Shown piece by piece: positions 1 to 6,573 of a DNA stretch of 20,000 nucleotides. Numbering within the stretch: the first letter of the stretch is position 1; the number at the start of each line of letters is the position of its first letter. Made by a program: the position numbers and the translations under genes. Under the pieces are notes generated by a model. It saw nothing but the letters and a program-made list of their open reading frames with translations, searched no databases and was not told the origin of the DNA. This DNA is from an uncultured virus (IMG/VR IMGVR_UViG_3300015615_000325) (taxonomy: Duplodnaviria; Heunggongvirae; Uroviricota; Caudoviricetes), in IMG/VR virus record IMGVR_UViG_3300015615_000325, positions 51,018 through 71,017 of that record; one strand, given 5' to 3'.

Positions 1-95
1 CGAGCACACCAAGCCCGGAAGACAGTGAATGCGGACTTGACGCGAGCTCGTTGCGGCTGCGTAGAGCCAGCGACCTCGGTCATACGGAGAAAGCC

Positions 96-374
96 ATGAA
101 GCTCAAACGCGTATTGTTCTGCACCGGACTGATCGTGGTGGCCGCTTTCTGGTCGAACTGCAGCGACACTGAACCGCGCACCCAGAGCGATTCGGTGAAG
201 CTGCAAGCCGAGACCGCCGCGATCGCGGCGAAGAAGTCGTGCTGGTGTGAAGGCGTCGAGTACAAGGACGGCTCAATCATTTGCCGATCCGACGGCTATC
301 GGCACAAGTGCTACGATGGAAGTTGGTCCAACACGAGAGAAAAGTGTCAGGTCGGAGACACAAAATGCAAGTGA
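96..374 (+). CDS. Small secreted or lipoprotein with Cys-rich C-terminal domain (DUF1496/VWC-like pattern)
   Basis: ATG at 96 preceded by GGAGA (86-90). Basic N-terminus plus hydrophobic stretch (MKLKRVLFCTGLIVVAAFWSNC). C-terminal CWCEGVEYKDGSIIC...KCYDGSW...C...C. Confidence 0.7.
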   Translation: MKLKRVLFCTGLIVVAAFWSNCSDTEPRTQSDSVKLQAETAAIAAKKSCWCEGVEYKDGSIICRSDGYRHKCYDGSWSNTREKCQVGDTKCK

Positions 375-436
375 GTGACATTGCCGGAGTTGCCCGCTCG
401 ATCGTCCGTCGCGCCGACAATCGCGGATCTTGCCTT

Positions 437-1594
437 ATGTGCCGCGGTTACCACGGAGTTTTGATTCTCGCGGTGGCGCTCGCTTCGAGCACGTGTCGGC
501 CGGCCCCGGCCGACGAGACGCTGAGGCTTCGCGAGGAGCTCGACCGCGCCCAATCGCTCCTCCTCCAGGATCAACGCAGAGCGGAGCTGCTCTGCGCCGA
601 CGCAACGGCGGCGTTCGATCAGGTCCGCGTTGCCGTTCGTGATGGGAAATCGACTGGCGAGCAAGAGCTGCAAGCGGCAGCCGGAACACTCGATCAGGCA
701 ACGCTGGCGTATCGTGAGGCGGTTGCGCTCGTCGGCCCGTACGAGGCTGCAAGGACAAAGTGGCTCGACGTTATCAAAGCTCCCCAGCAAGGCAGAGTCG
801 CTGATCCAGTGATCGCAAAGTCCCGACAGATTCTCGATCTCGTAATGCGCGCCGCATTTCGCGCGTCATGCTTGGCGAAGTCTGCTGTCTCGGGACAGCC
901 GATCAAGATCATCAAGGGCGAGCCGATCGTTCCGGGCCTGTTGGTTGCCGAGGCGGACGACGCGATCTCCGGCCGGCTCGATAAACGAGGCATCAAGAGC
1001 AAGCGGTTCAGCACTGGCCGTCATCGGGGGAGCGCGGAGGGAATCGCTGAGGTCAAGATCCCGGACGGTTTCGCCTACGTATCGCACCGATTCGACGAGG
1101 TAAACGCAGGTGGCCCCCACGGCACACGCATTGCCTACGACGAGCGAACAAACACGGTCCGAGGAAAGTATTGGATTCGCGCCGACAGCAGCGTCGGCCA
1201 TTTCGGCCCAATCACGTTCGGCCGTCACAGTTGGCTCTCGTTCAACATTGTCGTCACGGTGAAGGAGTTGTTGCCTTCGGAGCGTACGGTTGTAGCGACG
1301 CCGAAGGCAAAGGCGAAACCAAACCCGACGCCGGCGCCGGGCGAACCGGCGACCACCGCGACAGTGGTAACGATTTGGTGCACCGGCGTCGCCTGTCAGC
1401 CATCGTTCTCATACTGGGACACCAAGAAAACGATAGTGAGCTTCGCTGCCCGGGATTCAAAAGGACTGGGACATGCGGATGTGACGCAAATTGGTCCGCA
1501 TCGCCTGCGAATCCAGCACCAACCGATCGCTGGGACTCCGTGCGGTAATTCGTACGCCGGCTCACTCAACGTGGATGTTGCGATCTCCAACTAG
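437..1594 (+). CDS. Secreted hypothetical protein (helical N-domain, beta-rich domains, Pro/Thr/Lys linker)
   Basis: Long ORF (281..1594 in track). Likely start at ATG 437, giving signal-like MCRGYHGVLILAVALASSTC. Linker TPKAKAKPNPTPAPGEPATTAT precedes a C-terminal domain with Cys residues. Start uncertain. Confidence 0.7.
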   Translation: MCRGYHGVLILAVALASSTCRPAPADETLRLREELDRAQSLLLQDQRRAELLCADATAAFDQVRVAVRDGKSTGEQELQAAAGTLDQATLAYREAVALVGPYEAARTKWLDVIKAPQQGRVADPVIAKSRQILDLVMRAAFRASCLAKSAVSGQPIKIIKGEPIVPGLLVAEADDAISGRLDKRGIKSKRFSTGRHRGSAEGIAEVKIPDGFAYVSHRFDEVNAGGPHGTRIAYDERTNTVRGKYWIRADSSVGHFGPITFGRHSWLSFNIVVTVKELLPSERTVVATPKAKAKPNPTPAPGEPATTATVVTIWCTGVACQPSFSYWDTKKTIVSFAARDSKGLGHADVTQIGPHRLRIQHQPIAGTPCGNSYAGSLNVDVAISN

Positions 1595-1629
1595 TCGGCG
1601 ATCGGGAAGTATCTGATGGCATCGCTCCA

Positions 1630-1959
1630 TCACGATCGCGCGAACGCACCACACTCGGGGCAAGTGCCACTCTGATTTCCGACCATGCTGTAATTGCATC
1701 GCCAGCAACCGTCGTCGCTCGTTCGCGTCCAGTTTTTCGGGACGCTTCGACCACTACGCCGCGCCAGGGACTCTGCGGGCGTCAGCATCCGATCCGGTAC
1801 GAAATCGGGAACGTCGTCGGCGAAGATCCGGCGCCGGCGTCGAACCGCCGCCCGCCAGGGAAGGCGCCAGCACGGCCAGTCCGCCGGGTCTGGACGCGGA
1901 CAGAGCAGGCCGAACAGTGCGGCGAGCGGGAAGGTACAGCGATAGAGAGTGCGGAGCAC
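1630..1959 (-). CDS. Hypothetical protein with C-terminal zinc finger CWRCNYSMVGNQSGTCPECG
   Basis: The C-terminal motif matches the CxxCGYxLxGxxxxxCPECG pattern common in Planctomycete proteins. Start uncertain: GTG at 1959 chosen because the longer ORF (to 2058) runs through a terminator-like palindrome. Confidence 0.5.
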   Translation of the reverse strand: MLRTLYRCTFPLAALFGLLCPRPDPADWPCWRLPWRAAVRRRRRIFADDVPDFVPDRMLTPAESLARRSGRSVPKNWTRTSDDGCWRCNYSMVGNQSGTCPECGAFARS

Positions 1960-2009
1960 GAGGCGATTATCGCGATCGCGCCATCCGTTTACAACGCCGC
2001 ATCGTGCGC

Positions 2010-2042
2010 ATGAAAAAAGGCCGCTGCAGCGGCCTTTTTCAT
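2010..2042. terminator. Bidirectional intrinsic terminator-like palindrome
   Basis: AAAAAGGCCGCTGCAGCGGCCTTTTT (2014-2039) is a perfect 26-bp palindrome with A and T tracts on the flanks. Confidence 0.65.
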
Positions 2043-2052
2043 TGGTGTTACG

Positions 2053-2340
2053 CTCCACACAGTAGCACAGCCCTCCGGAGGGCTGAGAAGTCGGTGGAGG
2101 ATCAATTAAGTTTTCCTACAATGGTCCACCTCTCTTTCCGGGGTTCCATATAGGAAAAACCACCGCCAGATGATAGTCGCCTCGCGCCGGCGTTTCAGAT
2201 GGTCGCTTGATCAGGCGCGGGATGAGGATACGCTTGAATTGTCCATCACCACGGATTCGGGCAACCCCCCCTGCCTGAATCCACGATGGACACGGGGACG
2301 ACTGTTGAGTGTGCCAGTCGTCCCCACCTTTTTGGGTGGG
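2053..2340. ncRNA. Candidate structured non-coding RNA locus (multiple stem-loops)
   Basis: Stems: 2053-58/2094-99 enclosing palindrome 2068-2085; 2111-18/2151-58; 2240-47/2285-92 with inner 2253-63/2272-82; 2294-2304/2315-2325. No convincing ORF. Confidence 0.45.
2294..2333 (+). terminator. 11-bp GC-rich hairpin with loop TTGAGTGTGC followed by a T tract (terminator-like)
   Basis: GGGGACGACTG-TTGAGTGTGC-CAGTCGTCCCC-ACCTTTTT, located just past the methyltransferase stop codon. Confidence 0.5.
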
Positions 2341-2350
2341 AGCCAGCGGC

Positions 2351-4117
2351 CTAGTCGAACGGCAGAGTTGCGTCCGCTTTTTTGGCTTGCCTCGCTCTCG
2401 GGGCCTGCTTGAATGAACGGATGTCCTGAGTCAGCGGGAAATCGATTCGCTTTCCAGCCAGCAATTCCTTGATCGTCAGAATCTGAATCCGCGAGTGCTT
2501 TGTCCGCGCCAGCGTCTTCGTCTGGAAAAAGCCGGCGTCGGCGGCCTCCTTGCGCATCGCACCGGTCGGTGGTTCCAGCGTGATGAAAACTCCGATTGCC
2601 GCCTCCTCGCGCTCGACGACACCGCGCAAATCTCGGATCTGAGAGACGGTGACGCCCCCACCCTTGACGGAGATGACAACCGATTTTGTCTCACCGACCG
2701 CGTCGGTGATGTAGAGCCGCCCGTCGATTCCCTTGTCGGCACCTTTCTTTTCCTCCATCGGACGGGCGCCGACGAGCCCCAAGGCCCAATACTGGAACTG
2801 ATATTTGTCTTGTTCAGCGAGCGCCTTCGCGCTTTCGAGGTCTTCGGGTTCGCCGATGACTTCGTACGTTTCGGCGATCTTGGGACCGAACGCATCGGCT
2901 AGTCGCACCTTGATAAGATTGATGGCCAGGTGTGTGATGTCGATGCCGATCCAGCGGCGCTTAAGCTTCTGAGCAGCAGCGACAGCGGTTCCACATCCAC
3001 AAAACGGATCGAGCACGAGATCGTTCTCGTCTGTCGAAGATGAGATAATTCGTTCCAGCAGGCCCTCGGGTTTCTGCGTCGGATAGCCAAGTCGCTCATT
3101 ATCCCCTTGTGCAACCAGCCACCGAACATCTTCATCGATGCCCTCGTCAGTTCCGTACAGCGTTTCTCGCGTATGCGGTTGATACGCCCAAATGTCCGGA
3201 ATCGGCATGCCACGTGAGGTGTGAAGGTACTGGCGGTATGTCGGCATTGTACGGGAATCTGCCCCCGCGGCTTGGATGTATCCGGCTGCGTCGAGGGCGT
3301 CGAGCTTTGCCTGCGGTGACAGGTCGGGATCGATTCCCAATTCGTCGATCAGCTTCCCGGGTATTGCCCAGTGACGACCAACGGCGGTCGGATTGAACTT
3401 TCTCCACGGGAGGCCGCTTGCCCCTCCTCGTTGTCCCGCCCCGGTTAATGAGTTCGTCCAATATCGCCCCCGATCGTCCTTCGACTTGAAGTACCCCTCG
3501 ACGTGCCCCTTCATGTATGGCCGGAAAACACGGTTGAATCGCGACGAGTCGCCTTTGGAGTAGAACAGTATTACGTCGTGTATTGGACCGAATCGCTTCG
3601 AGCTGTTGTGAGAGCCGGTGCGGCGCCAAATGATCTCGTTCCTGAACTTGTCGGGTCCAAAAACCGAGTCCATCACGATCTTGAGGTAATGCGATGCCGT
3701 CGGATCGCAGTGGAGATAGATCGAACCGGTTTGCTTGAGCACACGACGGAGTTCGATCAGTCGCAGCGCCATCATGCTCAGATATGCAAGCATGTCCGAG
3801 CCCCCGAGGAAATCGTGCAGGCCCTTGAGGGCTCTGGCGACACGATCGTGGCCGGAATTCAGAACTTCGTGGTACTCCCTCGCGGCTTCCTCATCCCACG
3901 TCCAGCTATCTTCGAACGCCTTGATCTGAGCGTGCGCCTGCGTGCCATCCTTCTCAGCGAAGAGCACGTTGTAGTCTGCGTCTGAATTGAATGGTGGGTC
4001 CAAATAGACAAGATCGACGGACTCGTCTTCGACGTATCTGCGAAGAATATCGAGATTGTCGCCGTAGTAGAGGAAGTTCTTCGGTACACGGCCCGGATCG
4101 GATTTGCGTTTTCCCAT
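2351..4117 (-). CDS. Site-specific DNA methyltransferase (beta-class N6-adenine/N4-cytosine) with C-terminal Mrr-like restriction-endonuclease-fold domain
   Basis: Motif IV DLVYLDPPFNS precedes GYPTQKPEGLLERII and motif I VLDPFCGCGT (beta order). C-terminal DKYQFQYWAL...GADKGIDG...VISVKGG...IRDLRG is Mrr-like. Confidence 0.92.
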   Translation of the reverse strand: MGKRKSDPGRVPKNFLYYGDNLDILRRYVEDESVDLVYLDPPFNSDADYNVLFAEKDGTQAHAQIKAFEDSWTWDEEAAREYHEVLNSGHDRVARALKGLHDFLGGSDMLAYLSMMALRLIELRRVLKQTGSIYLHCDPTASHYLKIVMDSVFGPDKFRNEIIWRRTGSHNSSKRFGPIHDVILFYSKGDSSRFNRVFRPYMKGHVEGYFKSKDDRGRYWTNSLTGAGQRGGASGLPWRKFNPTAVGRHWAIPGKLIDELGIDPDLSPQAKLDALDAAGYIQAAGADSRTMPTYRQYLHTSRGMPIPDIWAYQPHTRETLYGTDEGIDEDVRWLVAQGDNERLGYPTQKPEGLLERIISSSTDENDLVLDPFCGCGTAVAAAQKLKRRWIGIDITHLAINLIKVRLADAFGPKIAETYEVIGEPEDLESAKALAEQDKYQFQYWALGLVGARPMEEKKGADKGIDGRLYITDAVGETKSVVISVKGGGVTVSQIRDLRGVVEREEAAIGVFITLEPPTGAMRKEAADAGFFQTKTLARTKHSRIQILTIKELLAGKRIDFPLTQDIRSFKQAPRARQAKKADATLPFD

Positions 4118-4177
4118 ATCGATCCGCTCAGAGCGACAGTCTGGCTCGCCACCGCGATGGCCACCTTCCCCATGTCG

Positions 4178-4747
4178 TCACGGCGCCGTGGGCTCTCCGC
4201 GCAGCTCCCTGAATCGCGTGGTGAGTTTCCCAGCCTTTGATGCGTGGTCGACGAGTCGTTCCAATCTATCGATCCGGCCTTTTTCCTTGGGGTCAAGGTC
4301 CTTTCCTTGATAGGCTTTCTCGATACGTTCTCGCGTGGCCTCTTTCATCGATGCAATGCCTCCGCTCGCAACTGCGTCGGCGATCGTCGTGGCCATCAGG
4401 TCGCACTCGACCGCCGCGTCACTCAGGCACTTAAACGCCAACGATTCGCGAATGACGGGCGTAGCTCTGCCTTTAAGATCCGCTGCGGCCTGCTTGATTT
4501 CCGTTAGAAGCGCCGCGTCATAGTTATCGATCGGAACATCCTGATTTTCGACGATCACCGATGCGAAACGCCGAATGCGGTCAGCCTGCTCGAGCAGAGC
4601 GGCGTTTAAGTCCTGTGAATCTTGGGGTTGCGGCGCAGTGGCCGCCGGGATTGGCGGAGGAATTGCCGCCGGCTGTGACGTCGGCGCCTGCCGGCATGAG
4701 GCGGTCGACGCTGCGAGCACGGTGAGGATGATCAGTCGCGTTTTCAT
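4178..4747 (-). CDS. Putative lipoprotein
   Basis: MKTRLIILTVLAASTASC is a signal peptide with lipobox-like TASC, followed by a Pro/Ala/Gln linker and a helical domain. Start overlaps the stop of the upstream ORF. Confidence 0.7.
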   Translation of the reverse strand: MKTRLIILTVLAASTASCRQAPTSQPAAIPPPIPAATAPQPQDSQDLNAALLEQADRIRRFASVIVENQDVPIDNYDAALLTEIKQAAADLKGRATPVIRESLAFKCLSDAAVECDLMATTIADAVASGGIASMKEATRERIEKAYQGKDLDPKEKGRIDRLERLVDHASKAGKLTTRFRELRGEPTAP

Positions 4748-5064
4748 TTGAACCACGACGCTATCCACGCGCGCACCCCGCCAGTTGGACGCTCCGGCGG
4801 AAGGTCTCGTGACGGCGCGCCGCCGAGCGCAGACCGCAGCTCCGCAATGAACTCGCGGGCTTCGGCCGGCGTAATTCTGCCCGCTTCCATCTCTCGCTCG
4901 ATGTAGTCGATTCCTGCGTTGGGATCGTCGCTGAGAATTTTTTCTGCCAGCTCTGCGGCGCCATGATCTCCCGTCATTTGGAGATAGTCCGCGAGAATTC
5001 CGCCCCCCGGCAGCTTGCCTTCGAGAGTGAACTCATCGTTTTTTGGGACGTTATCGTCGAGCAT
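4744..5064 (-). CDS. Hypothetical protein (short helical, SHOCT-like MEAGRITPAEAREFIAEL segment)
   Basis: 106-aa ORF with AAGGGA upstream of the ATG and a 4-nt overlap with the lipoprotein start. Confidence 0.6.
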   Translation of the reverse strand: MLDDNVPKNDEFTLEGKLPGGGILADYLQMTGDHGAAELAEKILSDDPNAGIDYIEREMEAGRITPAEAREFIAELRSALGGAPSRDLPPERPTGGVRAWIASWFK

Positions 5065-5070
5065 TTTCCC

Positions 5071-5100
5071 TTGACACCGAACATCACCCTAACTTATACT
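5071..5100 (+). promoter_or_regulatory. Sigma70-type promoter TTGACA-18-TATACT
   Basis: Consensus -35 TTGACA (5071-76) and 5/6 -10 TATACT (5095-5100) in a GC-rich background. Confidence 0.7.
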
Positions 5101-5205
5101 CGCGGCTGATCCGGACACGCCGGATGCCGCCCATTTGGACTCCTGCCGACGGCCACGGAATCGCACTCGCACGGACGCGGGCCGGCAGGATGGAGGGCGC
5201 GGTCC

Positions 5206-5535
5206 ATGCACTCACAGCCAACCTTCGACGATCTCCGTCGTGCCGAGGCGATTGGTCGCATCGTCAGCTTGCTCCCCGCTTTCGACGATGAGTACCTTTA
5301 CGATCTGGCCGACCGCCTTCGATGGCGGCTAGATCACGCTCGGCACGAGACTGAACCGCAGCTTCGCCTTTCCCGCTGTGATGTGAACGCGCCTCAAGCG
5401 CAACAAGCAACGGACGAAAGGAGTCGCAAAGAGCCCTTAGATCGCCCAATTCCAGTTCAGCTACCGCAGGTTTTGCAAGTTTCGCGATCAATTGGACCTG
5501 TCGCGCGAAATCAAGCCTCCCCACGGTCAGCGTAA
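5206..5535 (+). CDS. Hypothetical protein antisense to the RHH gene
   Basis: Downstream of the 5071 promoter with GGAGG at 5192-96. N-terminal half looks like a natural helical protein. Overlaps the RHH ORF on the opposite strand by 272 bp. Confidence 0.45.
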   Translation: MHSQPTFDDLRRAEAIGRIVSLLPAFDDEYLYDLADRLRWRLDHARHETEPQLRLSRCDVNAPQAQQATDERSRKEPLDRPIPVQLPQVLQVSRSIGPVARNQASPRSA

Positions 5536-5674
5536 GGATTCGAACGCCCGCACGTAACACAGCAGAGCGGTCTTGACCCGAAACATCCGTCCACTGGTCT
5601 AGCCAGGCGGCGTCTTCCGGATGCAACCGAACTGATTCGGGGGGCGGCGTTTTCTTGATTTTCTTCTCGCTCAT
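5264..5674 (-). CDS. Ribbon-helix-helix (CopG/Arc/MetJ-like) regulator, candidate phage repressor
   Basis: SVRLHPEDAAWLDQWTDVSGQDRSAVLRAGV fits the RHH strand-helix-G-x-x-RS-helix pattern. First gene left of the divergent control region. Confidence 0.65.
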   Translation of the reverse strand: MSEKKIKKTPPPESVRLHPEDAAWLDQWTDVSGQDRSAVLRAGVRILTLTVGRLDFARQVQLIAKLAKPAVAELELGDLRALCDSFRPLLVALEARSHHSGKGEAAVQSRAERDLAAIEGGRPDRKGTHRRKRGAS

Positions 5675-5790
5675 AACCGGATGCTACCGAACGATTTAGC
5701 CTTGTGAAAAATGTAAACAAAAAATCGTTGTATTTTTTGTTGACGACGTGACGACATCGGATGTATGCTGTGTCAGTCATGTTTACAAAA
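5675..5790. promoter_or_regulatory. AT-rich divergent promoter/operator region
   Basis: Rightward TTGACG (5740-45)-18-TATGCT (5764-69). Leftward TTCACA (5708-03)-16-TAGCAT (5686-81). Perfect 10-bp inverted repeat AACAAAAAAT/ATTTTTTGTT (5716-25/5732-41). TGTAAACA (5712-19) and TGTTTACA (5780-87). TGACGAC direct repeat (5741, 5749). Confidence 0.7.
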
Positions 5791-5973
5791 CCGACACGAC
5801 GCGTACGGATCACGGCCCGGAACGTCCACGACGGGAAATCCAAGACGTTCACGCTCTACGACACGGACTGCGATGAGGTCATCAATACCCTCGAATCGTC
5901 ATTCGCATCCGAGCAGGCCCCAGCGAAACGCACGCCCCGCAAGTCGGTCAAGCGATCAACGGTCTCAGCGTAA
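5779..5973 (+). CDS. Small basic hypothetical protein, first gene of the rightward operon
   Basis: ATG 9 nt after the -10 box (probably leaderless). MFTKPTRRVRITARNVHDGKSKTFTLY... Occupies the Cro-like position. Confidence 0.65.
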   Translation: MFTKPTRRVRITARNVHDGKSKTFTLYDTDCDEVINTLESSFASEQAPAKRTPRKSVKRSTVSA

Positions 5974-6076
5974 GCGAGTGGAACGCAGCGCGGTATGACG
6001 AATCACGGACGAAAATTCGGCGACGGATTGTGCAATCGCAAAAGATTCGGCTCAGGCCGAAATCAGGGGATTTGCA

Positions 6077-6355
6077 ATGCGTCCGGGGTTTTCGGGGAAG
6101 GAACTCGCAGAGGTTTTCAAGGTGGACGTGCGGTCCACCACCAAGACGTCTCGTGCGTTCTTCCGGCTGCTCGCGGAACTCTGGCTGCTCGGTCCAGACA
6201 AGGTGTTCAGGGACTTCCTTCCGATTCTCGACGAGGTCGTTCAGGAACGATTCGAGCGGATCGAGTTGGAACGCCTCGAAGCAATGCAAACCGGCAGAGC
6301 CGATCGACCGGTTCCAGCCTCACGACCCGTTTCCGCGCGGGCCGTGCGGCCGTGA
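6077..6355 (+). CDS. Small protein with HTH-like N-terminus
   Basis: AGGGGA SD-like sequence upstream. GFSGKELAEVFKVDVRSTTK resembles an HTH motif. Confidence 0.55.
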   Translation: MRPGFSGKELAEVFKVDVRSTTKTSRAFFRLLAELWLLGPDKVFRDFLPILDEVVQERFERIELERLEAMQTGRADRPVPASRPVSARAVRP

Positions 6356-6516
6356 CCGTGTTGGTCTCGGGTCCGGCGCGTCGTTTAACGAAGGCGACCC
6401 CGGTCAATTCTTGTCGCCCGTGTCACCGTGCCGTGGCACGGGCAACTATTCGAGGACAGAAGAATCGCGGCGTAGCGGTTCTGAGGCTGACGCAAGGGTG
6501 GCGCGTGGCCTGAATG

Positions 6517-6552
6517 AAAAGCCCCCGGCGAACTTGGCGGTCTGCCGGGGGC
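6517..6552. promoter_or_regulatory. GC-rich hairpin with TTGGCG apical loop, preceded by an A tract
   Basis: GCCCCCGGC (6521-29) pairs with GCCGGGGGC (6544-52). Apical AC-TTGGCG-GT. Lies 21 nt upstream of the 6574 start. Confidence 0.55.
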
Positions 6553-6573
6553 ATTGGGAAAGGTTGACAGATC

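Noticed and set aside
2170..2412. 80-aa + strand ORF as a type I toxin or leader peptide
   Set aside because: No hydrophobic helix, runs through strong hairpins and overlaps the MTase end; no coding support.
5995..6076. Possible frameshifted N-terminal extension of the 6077 HTH-like ORF from ATG 5995
   Set aside because: The upstream in-frame stretch is open only to a stop at 5996-98, there is no slippery sequence, and ATG 6077 has its own SD-like element.
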